Source: Scyliorhinus canicula (taxonomy: Eukaryota). Taken from it: a DNA stretch of 64,000 nucleotides. Position numbers and translations under genes: made by a program. The stretch spans positions 310,326,335 through 310,390,334 of the forward strand of contig NC_052146.1 of NCBI RefSeq assembly GCF_902713615.1, given 5' to 3'. Shown in pieces: positions 12,700 through 27,600 of the stretch (its first letter is position 1; every line of letters starts with the position of its first letter). Under the pieces are notes generated by a model. That model was not told where the DNA came from, did not search any database, and saw nothing but the letters and a program-made list of their open reading frames with translations.

Positions 12700-15600
12700 G
12701 TAAGTAAACACCCAGGGTTGGCTTTGGTTTGGTGTGGTTATGTTTTGGAATTTGATTTGCTGGTTATTGATGGGCGACGTGTATTTTGGGTTAGATATTT
12801 CTGTTTTGGAAGGTGATAGTTTGGGATTCCTCGCTGTTCGATGGGAAAGTCGGAGATAAGACTGAGTCCCCAGCCCAGTTATCGGTGTGTGTCAGACTGC
12901 TGGACTTGGAGGCCAATCAGTTGCTCTTCGAGCTCGAGAAACCACCCAAACATTTTCCTGCAGCCTCCCAGAGAACAATCATTTCCACACCAGGGCTGAC
13001 ATCACCTGTCAGTTCAAGCTGATATTAAACTAAAAGGCTGACACAGATACAATCAAAAATGTGAAAAGGAAAGAGATAAAATCTGCAACAGGATACAGAT
13101 AGAGTGAGAGAGAATAGTGAGGAAAGGAATGCAGGAAAAGACTATGAAGAATGATGGATGAGAAGGAAATGGCAGGTTTGTTCACTGAGAATGTTGCAGC
13201 CCTTTAGGAAAACAAATTGGATTTGATACGGGTAAAGACAATGACAGTGGAGTAAGTGTTGGGATTTAAGATCGATAAATCTCAAGGACCTGATGATTTC
13301 CATGTCAAGTTATCAAAAGAACAGGTGAGAAAATTGCAAACGTGTTCATCAGAAGTTTCCAAAGCTCGAGAGATCCAGGGGTAGCATTTGCTGGAGAGAA
13401 ACAAATGTCACTCCGGGAGGCACGGTGGTACCATGGTTAGCACTGCTGCCTCACAGCACCAGGGACACGGGTTCGATTCCGACCTCGGGAGACAGTGCGG
13501 AGTTTGCACGTTCTCCCCTTGTCTGTGTGGATTTCCTCCGGGTGCTCCGGTTTCCTCCCACAGTCCAAAGATGTGCAGGTTAGGTGGATTGGCCATGATC
13601 ACTCCGTGGGGTTGGGGGGGGAGTGGGCCAAAGGGAACAATTGGAAGTTGTTCAAACTCTCCTCATTTCCTCTGTTCAGAAGGTTCTTCTTTCACAATCC
13701 GTATTCCCCGGATCTGCTCCAAATAACAGTTTCTCAGCCATTGCCAGAAAATGTAACTGAAGCAATTCTTTAGCAAGAGGAAGTTGTGAAACTGAAGCAA
13801 GGAGAACATTGTGAATTCCGGTCATACCCACAATATACAACCTGGCCAGCATTCAATTTCCTGTCCTGAGCTCAGATAGCAGTTGGTCGGGTCGATATCA
13901 GAGGGTGTTGGGTGTGGGGCTGGGGGTGCTGGAGAGCAGAGTTGACCATTTCACACTGCGATATGTGTTAGTTACTAACCCTGCCCTCCCCACTTCTCCC
14001 AGGTATTAACAGCTAGTTAATGGACATGCAGGGAACTGCCCAAACCACTGGAACCCACTGCCTGAGAGGGTGGCAGAGACAGAATCCAAACCACATTTAT
14101 TTGGATACACTTTTAAGATGCTGTAAATTCAAGGCTCCAACTGAGGGAGCGATTGGTGTAGTCTCAATTGGCCGAATGGCTTCCTTCTGCACGGTTTAAG
14201 AAGGGAGGGAGGCAGAAGACGGGAAATAATAGGCCGGTTAGCCTGACTTCAGTCATTGGTAAGATTTTAGAGTCTGTTTTTAAAGAAGAGGTAACAAGGA
14301 AGTTAGATAAAGGAGGACCAGTGGACGTGATTTATTTCGATTACCAGAATGCCATTGACAAGGTGCCGCACAGGAGACTGTTAAATAAGTTAAGAGCCCA
14401 TGGCATTAAGGGTAAGACCCTGGCATGGGCAGAGGATTGGCTGACTGGCAGAAGGCATAGAGTGGGGATAAAGGGGTCTTTTTCAGGAAGGCAGCCGGTG
14501 ACTAGTGGTGTGCCTCAGGGGTCTGTGCTGGGACCACAACTTTTCACAATATACATTAATGATCTGGAGGAAGGAACTGAAGGCACTGTTGCTAAGTTTG
14601 CTGATGACACAAAGATCTGCAGAGGGGCAGGTAGTATTGAGGAAGCAAGGGTGCTGCAGAAGGATTTGGACAGGCCAGGAGAGTGGGCAATGAAGTAGCA
14701 AATGAACTACAATGTGGAAAAGTGTGAGGTTATGGGGCTGGTTTAGCTCACTGGGCTAAATCACTGGCTTTTAAAGCAGACCAAGCAGGCCAGCAGCACA
14801 GTTCGATTCCCGTACCAGCCTCCCCGGACAGGCACTGGAATGTGGCGACTAGGGGATTTTCACAGTAACTTCATTTGAATCCTACTCGTGACAATAAGCG
14901 ATTTTCATTTCATTTCGTTCTGCAATTTGGAAGGAGAAATTTAGGCATAGACTATTTTCTAAATGGGGAAATGCTTAGGAAATCAGAAGCAAAAGGGACT
15001 TGAAAATGAAATGAAAATCGCTCATTGTCACAAGTTGGCTTCAAATGAAGTTACTGTGAAAAACCATCAGTCGCCACATTCCGTGGCCTGTTTGGGGAGG
15101 CTGGTATGGGAATTAAACTGTGATGCTGGCTTGCCTTTGTCTGCTTTCAAAGCCAGTGATTTAGCCCTGTGCTAAACCAGCCCCAATGACTTGGGAGTCC
15201 TTGTTCATGATTCTCTTAAGGTTAATGTGCAGGTTCAGTCGGCAGTGCAGAACAAAGAACACAGAAAGTTTACAGCACAGGAACAGGCACTTCGGCCCTC
15301 CCAGCCGATCCAGATCCTTTATCTAAACCTGTCTCCTATTTTCCAAGGTCTACTTCCCTCTGTTCCCGCCCATTCATATAACTGTCTAGATGCGTCTTAA
15401 ATGACGCTATCGTGCCCGCCTCTACCACTTCCAGGCACCCACCACCCTCTGCGTAAAAAACTTTCCACGCACATCTCCCTTAAACTTTCCCTCTCTAACC
15501 TATGGGCAGCACGGTAGCATTGTGGATAGCACAATGGCTTCACAGCTCCAGGGTCCCAGGTTCGATTCCGGCTTGGGTCACTGTCTGTGCGGAGTCTGCA

Positions 15601-18600
15601 CATCCTCCCAGTGTGTGCGTGGGTTTCCTCCGGGTGCTCCGGTTTCCTCCCACAGTCCAAAGATGTGCAGGTCAGGTGGATTGGCCATGATAAATTGCCC
15701 TTAGTGTCTAAAATTGCCCTTAGTGTGGGGTGGAGTTACTGGGTTATTGGGATAGGGTGGATGTGTTGACCTTGGGTAGGGTGCTCTTTCCAAGAGCCGG
15801 TGCAGACTCGATGGGCCGAATGGCCTCCTTCTGCACTGTAAATTCTATGATGATGAATTCTATGATAAACCTTGAAATTGTGACCCCCTTGTAACTGACA
15901 CCCCCACTCTTGGGAAAAGCTTGTTGCTATCCATCCTGTCCATACCTCTCATAATTTTGTAGACCTCAATCAGGTCCCCCCTCAACCTCCGTCTTTCCAA
16001 CGAAAACATTCCTAATCTACTCAACCTTTCTTCATAGCTAGCACCCTCCATACCAGGCAACATCTTGGTGAACCTCCTTTGCACCCTCTCCAAAGCATCC
16101 ACATCCTTCTGGTAATGTGGCGACCAGAACTGCACGCAGTATTCCAAATGTGGCCGAACCAAAGTCCTATACAACTGTAACATGACCTGCCAACTCCTGT
16201 ACTCAATACCCCGTCCGATGAAGGCAAGCATGCTGTATGCCTTCTTGACCACTCTATCAACCTGCATTGCCACCTTCAAGGTACAATGGACCTGAACTCC
16301 CAGATCTCTCTGCACATCAATTTTCCCCAAGACCCTTCCATTGATCATATAGTCCGCTCTTGAATTTAATCTTCCAAAATGCATCACCTCGCATTTGCCT
16401 GGATTGAACTCCATCTGCCATTTCTCTGCCCAACTCTCCAATCTATCTATATTTTGTTGTTTTCTCTGACAGTCCTCCTCGCTATCTGCAACTCAACCAA
16501 ACTTAGTATCATCTGCAAACTTGCAAATCAGACCACCTATTCCTTCCTCCAGATCATTTATGTATTTCACAAACATCAGTGGTCCGAGCACGGATCCCTG
16601 TGGAACACCACTAGTCACCCTTCTCCATTTTGAGACACTCCCTTCCACCACTACGCTCTGTCTCCTGTTGCCCAGACAGCTCTTTATCCATCTAGCTAGT
16701 ACACTCTGAACCCCATACAACTTCACTTTTTCCATCAACCTGCCATGGGAAACCTTATCAAACCTCTTACTAAAGTCCATGTATACAACATCTACAGCCC
16801 TTCCCTCATCAATTAACTTTGTCACTTCCTCAAAGAATTCTATTAGGTTTGTAAGACATGACCTTCCCTGCACAAAACCATGCTGCCTATCACTGATAAG
16901 TCTATTTTCTTCCAGATGTGAATAGATCCTATCCCTCAGAATCTTCTCCAACAGTTTGCCTACCACTGACGTCAAGCTCACAGGTCTATAATTCCCTGGA
17001 TTATCCATGCTACCCTTCTTAAACAAAGGAACAACATTAGCAATTTTCCAGTCCTCCGGGACCTCACCCATGCTCAAGGATGCTGCAAAGATATCTGTTA
17101 AGGCCCCAGCTATTTCGACCCAAGCTTCCCTCAGTAACCTGGGATAGATCCCATCCGGTCCTGGGGACTTGTCCACCTTAATGTCTTTTAGAATACCCAA
17201 AACTTCCCCCTTCCGTATGACAACTTGACCGAGAGTATTTAAACATCCACCTTGTCCCTCTCCTTTGTGAATACCGATGCAAAGTACTCATTAAGATTCT
17301 CACCCATTTCCTTTGAGTCCACGCATAAATTCCCTCTTTTGTCTTAAAGTGGGCCAATCCTTTCTCTAGTTACCCTCTTGCTCCCTACATACGAATAAAA
17401 TGCTTTGGGATTTTCCTTAACCCTGTTAGCCAAAGATATTTCATGACCCCTTTTAGCCCTCTTTATTGTGCGTTTGAGATTCATCCTACTTTCCCGATAT
17501 TCCTCCAAAGCTTCATCAGTTTTGAGTTGCCTCGATCCTATGTATGCTTCCTTTTTCATCTTAGCTAGTCTCACAATTTCACCCGTCATCCATGGTTCCC
17601 TAATCTTGCCATTTCTATCTTTCATTTTCACAGGAACATGTCTGTCCTGCACTCTAATCAACCTTTCCTTAAAAGACTTCCACATTTCAAATGTGGATTT
17701 ACCCTTAAACAGCTGCTTCCAATCCACATTCCCTAGCTCCTGCCAAATTTTGTTATACTCTGCCTTTCCCCAATTTAGTACTCTTCCTTTCGGACCACTC
17801 TTGTCCTTGTCCATGAGTATTCTAAAACTTACGGAATTGTGATCGCTATTCCCAAAGTAATCACCGACTGAAACATCAACCACCTGGCCGGGATCATTCC
17901 CCAATACCAGGTCCCGTATGGCCCCTTCCCGAGTTGGACTATTTACATACTGCTCTAAAAAACTCTCCTGGATGCTCCTTACAAACTCTCCTCCATCTAC
18001 GCCTCCAATATTACACGAATCGCATTCAATATTGGAGAAGTTAAAATCTCCCATCACAACCACCCTATTGTTCCTTCATTTTTCTATAATCTGTCTGCAT
18101 ATTTATACCTCTACTTCATGCTCGCTTTTGGGAGGCCTGTAGTAAAGTCCCAACAATGTTACTGCACCATTCCTATTTCTCAGCTCCACCCATATTGCCT
18201 CAGTGCTCGAATCCTCCATCGTGCCCTCCTTAATCACAGCTGTGATATCATCTCTGACGAGTAATGCAACTCCTCCACCCCTTCTACCTCCCTCTCTATC
18301 CCTCCTGAAGCATCTATACCCTGGGATATTCAGTTGCCAGTCCTGCCCTTCCCTCAACCAAGTCTCAATAATACCAATAGCATCATATTCCCAGTTACTG
18401 ATCCAAGCCCTAAGTTCATCTGCCTTACATGCTACACTTCTTGCATTATAACAAATGCACCTCAGACTACCTTTGCATTCATAATCTCTTCCCTGTCTAC
18501 TCTTCCCCTTAGTCACATTGAGTTTATTGTCTCGTACCTTACTGGCTTCAGTTGCTGCTTCTTTACTGACCTCTAACTTCCTAATCTAGTTCCCATCCCC

Positions 18601-21600
18601 CTGCCACATTAGTTTAAAACCTCCCCAACAGTGTTAGCAAAAGCACCCCCTAGGACATTGGTTCTAGTCCTGCCCAGGTGTAGACCATCCGATTTGTAAT
18701 GGTCCCACTGCCCCATAACCGGTTCCAATGTCCCAAAAATCTGAACCCCTCCCTCCTGCACCATCTCTCAAGCCACGTATTCATTCTGACTGTTCTTGAA
18801 TTTCTACTCTGACTGTCTCGTGGCATTGGTAGCAATCCTGAGATTACCACCTTTGAGGTCCTACTTTTTAACTTATCTCCTAACTCCCTAAATTCTGATT
18901 GTAGGACCTCATCCCTTTTTTTACCTATATCGTTGGTGCCTATATGCACCACGATAACTGGCTGTTCACCCTCCCCCTTCAGTATATCCTGCAGCCGATC
19001 GGAGACATCCCTGACCCGAGCACCCGGGAGGCAACATACCATTCCGGAGACTCGTTTCCGACCACAGAAACGCCTGTCTACTCCCCTTACGATTGAATCC
19101 CCTATGACTATAGCCCTGCCAGTCTTTTTCCTGCCCTTCTGTGCAGCAGAGCCAGCCACGGTGCCATGAGCCTGGCTACTACTGCCTTCCCCTGGTGAGT
19201 CATCTCCCTCAACAGTATCCAAAACGGTATACCTGTTTCGGAGGGAGATGACCGCAGGGAACACCTGCACTGCCTTCCTGCTCTTTCTCTGCCTTTTGGT
19301 CACCCATTACCTGTCTCCCTCACCAATCCTAATCTGCGGTGTGACCAACTCACTGAACGTGCTATCCACGTCCTGCTCAGCATCGCGGATGCTCCAAAGT
19401 GAGTCAATCCGCAGCTCCAGAGCCGTCATGCGGTCTAACAGGAGCTGCAGCTGGACACACTTCCCACACATGAAGAAGTCAGGGGCATCGACCACGTCGC
19501 TGAACTCCCACATTGTGCACGAGGAGCATAACACGGGTCTGGGATCTCCTGCCATTTTTACCCTTTACCCTTTTCATGTCAAGAGGGCTTCTGAAGAGGA
19601 ATTGGGGGATTAATTTCATCCTGAGGGACTGTTGGTCAGTACAGTGCAATGTGAAAGAGTCGCTAAGTTCTGATGCAGGGTTGTCAGTTTGAAAAGTTTT
19701 GCCAGTGTATGAATTCAGAGCAGCAGGAAGTCCCTGGGCCCCTCAAGCCTGTTCCACCATTCAACACAGTCATGGTGATCTGATTGTCACTGTCTCTCTG
19801 TCTACAGAGGCTCCTGGGCCCCTCGAGCCTGTTCCCCCATTCAGCACGGTCATGGTGTCTGATTGTCACTGTCTCTCTGTCTCCAGAGGCTGCTGGGCCC
19901 CTCGAGCCTGTTCCACCATTCAGCACGGTCATGGTGATCTGATTGTCACTGTCTCTCTGTCTCCAGAGGCTGCTGGGTCTCCTGAGCCTGTTCCACCATT
20001 CAACATGGTCATGGTGATCTGATTGTCACTGTCTCTCTGTCTCCAGAGGCTGCTGGGTTTCCTGAGCATTCATTCCCAGCATTTTCTGAAATCCTGATTG
20101 TCAAAATCTGCAGCAATTTGCTTGGGGTTAATTTGAACAAGTTAGTGCAGATAACACACAATATCCACACATCAATACACAGGAGACTTTATAACCTGCT
20201 CTCAGCTTCTATTTTGTATTTTCTTATCTGTTCTGATCTTCAGTTATTTTCTGTTTACAGGTCATGTGACAGGGACGGTTCTTATCCAATCCCCTCAAGT
20301 TGTGAAAGTGCCTGAGGGTGAAACAGTGAAGTTTCTGTGTGACTTACAGAGCGACCATGTAGATTACACTGTGGATAAATACGATGTACATTGGTACTAC
20401 CCAGAAAGTAAGGAATCGATATTGAGTCATTATGTAGATGGCCGTGTTTACCGGCTGACAGGTCTGTCTAATCGGTTTCAGCCTTCCAGAGATATTGCCG
20501 GTAACAGCTACAATCTGACAGTCAGAGATGTGAAGCTCGGTGACTCCGCTGTCTATATCTGTGGGATTTGGGGGACAATCTTTGGGAATGGAACCCGGCT
20601 GAATGTAACCAGTAAGTACTGTCTATCTTATATTGCTTTGATTCCATATTGACCATATATTAGAGGAATATGATGGAACATTGCCAGCCTCGGAGGCTGT
20701 GACCCAGAGGGAGGAACGATCTGGGAAGAAGCCTGAAGTCTGTGAAGTAAAAATGTACAATTTAAACACACACACAGACAGAAAGCGACAGAGTGAGTGG
20801 AAAGGTGTGATATCAAAGTTTCACCCCTAAAATCTCTCAGAGCTCCAGGGGGTGTCTGTGATTTTCCCGTTCAGATTCCCGGTGGGGATTCGGGGTGGAT
20901 TTTGACAGAACTGAAAGTGTGAATTTCTGTCCTCTCTCTCTCTCTCTCTGCCTTTCCCCAGCTGATTAGAATTAAACTTTACTGTGCGGGGGGTGTGGGC
21001 ACTCTGCTGGTCTATGGGCAGGGAAGCTGCTGATGTGGCCCTGATAGGTGGGCTCCAGAACCTCTGGTCAAACAGGGAAGCTCATCCACAATGTCCTCCC
21101 TGGATGGTCTATCCTGGCTAGCCTCTCCCTCTGCTGCCCCCACTGCAAACCCTCTTGTTGACCAGCCTGAGCTCCTCCCTTGTCACATCCCCTCCTCCTG
21201 CTCCTGAGGTTACGGGAATATTGGGCGTATCAGATCCAGAGGTGTTCCAGTGGCCGATCTGTGTCAAGAGGGCAGGCAGTGAGGAGAGAAAATGTGTGCC
21301 CCTGGATTTCACCCATATAACTGATGGACAGTGAGCTTCCCAACTCAGGGAAAGAAGCCAGAGTTAGAACAGCAAGGAGCATTGGCATTCCGGGTCTGGA
21401 AGAGGGTGGAGAGATAGGGTGGGATAAGACTAGATGGAGATTTGAAGATGAAAACATGCCATCTATTTGGTGAATTCAGAGACAGGCACATAGCTAATGA
21501 CTCCAGTGGTGAATGAGCAGCACTGAGCTTGATGCTGTGAGCTGGGACTTAATCTGGTGTGATGAATGTAGAAACTGTTATTTCATGATAATAATAATTA

Positions 21601-24600
21601 TTATCTTTATTGTCACAAGTAGGCTTACATTTACACTGTCATGTTGTTTAAAAAACCTGGTTTAAAATACATGCATGCAGTATGTCTGTGAAAGCTGTAA
21701 TTAAGGAATGGTAAAAAAGGTGATTGAATCCAACCATTTACTTGTTTACAGATGAAGGACTAATGGAATCATGTTTTGATTGCTGGGGATTCCCTGGAGT
21801 GTAGAGAATGTATGGGGATGTGGTGTTTCATCCGAGCTAAGGAAGCCATGAAACTCAGCGGGATACAGATGATGTAATTAATGGGAGGTGCCAGGTCTCT
21901 CTGTAGTTGCGCAGTTTTAAGCTGAACAGCAGTTTTGCCTAATACTGCTAGTTTGAAGATAAGTGGACTGCATCTGCTCTTGAAAGGATCGCTCTACAAA
22001 ATTCTTTGCACAGCTGAACAAATTATCTGTTTGTTATCTTTATTCATAAGGGACATTTGAACTGAAAGAAAGTCGCTTATTATCACGTATAGGCTTCATA
22101 TGAAGTCACTGTGAAAAGCCCCTAGTCACCACATTCCAGCGCCTGTTCGGGGAGGCTGTTACGGGAATCGAACCGTGCTGCTGGCCTGCTTGGTCTGCTT
22201 TCAAAGCCAGCGATTTAGCCCTGTGCTAAACAGCCCCTGTACTGGGTTGCTTAATTTTAGTCAATAACAGATACAGATATAAAGTTAAAGTTGTTCCTTT
22301 TATTTCAGAACTGTTTAACTATTAATTGTAAAGTTATTTCTTTGATGTTAATGTGGTTCATTCTTTGTTTAAATTAAAGTTTGTTTGAACAGAAAAGGGA
22401 CCTATTGGTCAGACTATTCACTCCTGGGGTGAAGAATATTTTCCTCACAAATTTACAAATTGAAAAAATTTTTTTGAGGGTCTTGTCCGATACCCTAACA
22501 AATGTTGGGATCTGGTTCGGATCCTAACACATGTTGGGGCCTGCTCCGGGCTCTTTACAAATGTTGAGATCTGGTCTGGGATCCTAACAAATAAGTAATA
22601 ATGATTATATTAACAATCATTATTATTGCCACAAGTAGGCCTACATTAACCCTGCAATGAGGTTACTGTGAAAAGCCCCTAGTCGCTGTATTCCGGCGCC
22701 TGTTCGGGTACACAGAGAGAGAGAATTCAGAATGCCCAATTCACCGAACAACATGTTTTTTGGGACTTGTGGTCGGAAACCGGTGGACCCAGAGGAAACC
22801 CATCAGACACACACAGAACGTACACACTCAGCACAGACAGTGACCCAAGCCTGGAATTGAACCTGGGACCTTGGAACTGTGAAGCAACAGTGGTACTCAC
22901 CGTGCGACCGTGCCGCCCACAAATGTTAGGGTCTGGTCTGGGATCTGAACAAATGTTGGGGTCTGCTCCAGGATCCTAACACTGGATGGATTTGAACAGG
23001 TGGATTTGAGATGGTTTATGGATTGAGATTAGATGAAGAGTCAGCAGTCGGGGGGACAGATATGTCTGGATGGTTTCTGTGAAGAGAGGATTGATGACAA
23101 TGGTTTTGAATATTTGAGGAAAGCCCCCAGTGTGTTACCCTCGAGTAAACAATGACAAAATATCGGGGGAGGGAAGAAATAGAAATTAACAGGGGAGGGG
23201 GGCATTTAGGAAATATGGAGAGAATGGGAAGATTCTGCAGTGATAGGGATCAGAGAGTAGGAATAGGGAAGTTGGGAATGATGGGGGGAGTTGCAGAGAC
23301 AGCTGAACATGTGACCTTAAACAAATAAATCTTTAGCTTTTTCAGATCAGAGCGTTTGATAATTTCTTCACTTTGTCCCCAAGGTAACATCAGCGGATAC
23401 ATTCTTCACTGAAACATTTGCAGATATTCACAAACTTCAGACTGGTGTTTAACTTGTTGATGTTTTTCTCTTAAAGGTGCGAATGCTCCAGTCCTTACCC
23501 AGTCCCCGAGTCTGGAACGTGTCACAGAGGGTCAGACTGCACGGTTACAGTGCACCATGCGGAACGCCGCAGTGACACACACCGATGTTCACTGGAACCG
23601 GGAGCTGCCAGGGAAAGATATGGAGAGGGTTTTAACACATGATATAAAGAACAATACACAACGGAATCCAGGTTTCACTGAGCGTTTCCATCCTTCCCGA
23701 GACATGAACAATAAAACCTTCATCCTGACAATCAGCAACGTGCAGCCCAATGACACTGCCGTCTATTACTGCTCCGTGTGGGGAGATATCAGTGGGAATG
23801 GATCACAGCTGAGTGTAACCAGTAAGTACATTCACAATGGTATCCTTACATAGAGGGGAATCCTGTAACCAAACCCTCCCAGTGAAGAGGAGAATGGGCT
23901 GGGGAATTGCCATTGCGATATTGTAACCCAATATTCCATGGGAATGTGACTCCTCCCTGGGAGCACGGCATTGTCAAATCTTTCTCCTGCACACATATCA
24001 GCTGTGAATAGAGGTGATAGCCCCAAAACATTATTTCTGTGATTCAGGGAGGCTTTGGGAATTACAAAAAAGTTACAAATTGGACATTACAAAACATTAA
24101 TACATGAGTGACCATCGCTGCTGGAGGTACCATAACCTCCCCGAATACATCACCAGTTCATCCCTAACAACATCAGGCCTGTGTACTTTATTAAACAGCC
24201 TCCTTAACTTGTCCTACAGGTTTGAAGGACTGTGCCCGTACTGACCGAGCTCTCTCAGCCCCAACACCCTGTTTAAAATTGTCCCAACTCATTCACATTG
24301 CCCCTCCTCATCTTTACCAAACTCGGGCAGCGCAGTAGCATTGTGGATAGCACAATTGCTTCACAGCTCCAGGGTCCCAGGTTCGATTCCGGCTTGGGTC
24401 ATTGTCTGTACGGAGTCTTCACGTTCTTCCCGTGTATGCGTGGGTTTCCTCCGGGTGCTCCGGTTTCCTCCCACAGTCCAAAGATGCGCAGGTTAGATGG
24501 ATTGGCCATGCTAAATTGCCCTTAGTGTCCAAAGTTGTCTTTGGTGTTGGGTGGGGTTGCTGGGTTGTGGGGATAGGGTGGAGATGTTGACCTTGGGTGT

Positions 24601-27600
24601 GGTGTTCTTTCCAGGAGCCGGTGCAGACTCGATGGGCCAGGTGGCCTCCTTCTGCACTGCAAATTCCATGAGCCACTTTCCACTTCTTTGTGATAAATTT
24701 CATCTGACCTGACTCGACCTATTTCACCGTTCTGTCAATATTCCCCGGAAGCTGACACTGTTCATCTCACTCTTCCCGATATTCCTGAACTTGGAGGGTG
24801 CTGTTCACTGGGAAATTCTGCCTCCTGTACTTGAGCCATTTTAAATATTTAAAAATCTTGCTCATGTCTATCATCACACCGAGCCTCCCCCATTGTCTGC
24901 CTGTTTCTCTGAGGACATGGTGCTGCACACAGCCTCTGCACACACTGCTGCCATCACTTTAGTCAGGGTGCATGCGGGAGCTGGACATTACTCTCAGATT
25001 CGGGTGGGCCTTGTCCCAGCCTTGCCTTGGTATTTTAGGGCAATTACATTGAGCAGCAAAGGAATGAAACAATTGTTTATAAATCACCTATCACAACCTC
25101 AGGGTGTCCAAACACGATTCACAGACAATTAAATATATATGAACACAGGAAAATAGGAACGTAGTTTTCCCACCCCCTGAGCTAGTGTGCGGTCAATTCC
25201 AGCCTCACTGGACCGGGAGTCACAACACAATTGAAATTAACCAATAATTCTTCAAAAAAATCCCAAACTCTTTGACTGCCCAATAATTACAGTCACCAGG
25301 TTTGTAAATCTCAACACATTAATTTTTATTCGTGATAATAACTGTAATTAAATATGCAGCAAGTACAACACTATAATGATTATCTAATTCCTAATCCCCC
25401 ACTTTAATTCACCTCACCCTCCACACACAGACACGCAAGACAAACAAACACAGAGGGAAAAGAGAGGTGTATAAATAATTGTGACAGTTAAAGGATCAGA
25501 GTCCTTGTTGCAGATGGTTCTCTTCTAGCCCACCTTCCTTCAGTCCAGGCTTTCAGTTCGAGCTTCTAGCCCACCTTCCTTCAGTCCAGGCTTTCAGTTC
25601 GAGCTTCTAGCTGACCTTTCTTCAGTCCAGGCTTTCAGTTCGAGCTTCTAGCCCATCTTCCTTCAGTCCAGGCTTTCAGTTCGAGCTTCTAGCCCACCTT
25701 CCTTCAGTCCAGGCTTTCAGTTCGAGCTTTCTGCTTTCAGTCTCTAAGGGTTTGCACTGTAGATTCATCCAGGTTCTCTGTAGGTTCAGAAATACAGCAG
25801 CTATGCAGCATTTCTGGGGAAAGAGAGAGAGAGAGAGAGAGACTGACACAGTTTCTTCTCTGAGTGTTCACAGCCTGATTGTCCTTTCCTTGGTTCTCTG
25901 GGAACCATCCCACTCGGATAGGATCCAATCACCGCCTGTCGCCGGGCAGAATACAGCCGTTGCAAATTCATTGGCCACCAAGCAACCAATCAAGCTGAAT
26001 CCCTCCGACCTCCCTTGGGTGCCAAAATGTCTGCTGTTCAAAGGCTTTCACAATGCACTAAATTGCAAGCACTTCATCTGCTCGACTTAAAGGTACATGT
26101 CCATTAAATATCCATGGATTGAAAATGATAGTGGCAAAATAAAAGAAATGGAAAATAAGGGAATCGACAGGAGTGGTCCTTACAATATGATTGGGAGGAG
26201 GCCATTCTGCCCCTCAAGCCTATCCAACCATTCAATGAGATCATGGCTGATCTGTGCTAACTCCATATACCTGCCTTTGGCCCATATCCCTTAATAACTT
26301 TGCTGAACAGAAATCTATTGCTGATTTAAATTTAACACTGAGCTTGTTTCAACTCCTGTGTGTGGGAAAGAGTTTCAAACCTCGATCACACTTTGAGTGA
26401 AGAAATGTTTCCTGACATCTCTCCTGAACGGTTGGGCCCTAATGTCGAGATCATGCTCCCTAAGTTTAGAATCTCCAACCAGTGGGAATAGTTTATCTGT
26501 CTTTCCCTGCTTTCTCCTGCTATCGGAATCTCTGCTATAGGGAACACACAAATCCCACACAAACAGCAATGATAGAAATGGGCATATCATCTGGTTTAGG
26601 GATCTTTAAATAATGGTGTGGGGTATTTCATCCCAAGCTGCAAGGATGGACTTGGCTTAACCCCACAGTTCAGTGATAGCTCCTCCTAAAGAGCAGCTTC
26701 AATACTGGACTGATTGTCTCGATATCTGTGGAACTCTCTGCAGTGGAACCTAATCCATGGCCTCCTAACTCGGAGGTGTGATCACTTCCACGAAGTTACA
26801 TCTGACACTGTTCATCATGTCCATTGCAATCTGTTTGGAAACTCACATATTAACAACAAGTGATCATATAACTTTATTTAATGAATCGTTAAACTTTGAA
26901 TGATGGAAAATCTATTTCTTTGCATTGAACTCCATCTGTTTCCTATGCACAGGTCGCTTGGCTGACCCAGCCCTTATTCAGTATCCAAACATCAGCAAGG
27001 TGCCAGAGGGTGAGACTGTGGAGTTACAATGTGCCATGTACAATGCCAATGTGAATGACACTGATGTCCACTGGTATAACCAGAGACCCGGGTACGACAG
27101 GCAGTGGGCCATCAGCTGGTTTGTAAATGGCACCATCAGCAAGTCCCGGGATTTCCAGGACCGTTTTCAGCATTCCCAGGATTTCAGCAGTAACAGTTAC
27201 ATTCTGACCATTGTGAATGTGACCCTCAATGATACAGCTGTCTATAGCTGCAGCGTGTGGAGCTACATCTGTGGAGCAGGGAGCCAGCTCAATGTCACTG
27301 GTAAGTCAATACTGACTCACACTGACAGAGTGACAGTAACAATAACCGGATTGGGAACCTGTTTCACCTCCCACAGCAGAGTAGACACGTGCAAACATAC
27401 ACAGCTACACACAATACTGTAGTGGGCACCGAATGGAGAGTCGGAATGTGGTTTGGAGAGTGCAAAATGCAAGAATTGAACAGTGGGGATATGAGAATGG
27501 ATCAATAATGTTTCAATGATCCTTGCGAGTGTGTGTTACTGACTAGGTCAACGTTTATTGTCCATCCCTAAATGCCCTTGAGAAGATGGTGGTGAACTGA

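Larger units (their letters stand above)
13200..15245 (+). mobile_element. Fragmented CR1 RT remnants interrupted by SINEs
   Basis: ORF 14168-14698 carries [24 protein letters not shown] and KFADDTK. Interrupted by SINEs at about 13415, 14734 and 15002. Confidence 0.8.

Noticed and set aside
12500-12745. Ets/PU.1-like (TTCCTC, CAGGAA) and RUNX-like (TGTGGT) sites around exon 1
   Set aside because: Short motifs occur by chance and the TSS is unknown, so they are not supportable as regulatory features.
25752-26090. Hydrophobic stretch ([12 protein letters not shown]) as a TM exon between D2 and D3
   Set aside because: Too short, lies beside a (GA)n tract inside an LTR-like repeat, and has no convincing splice sites.
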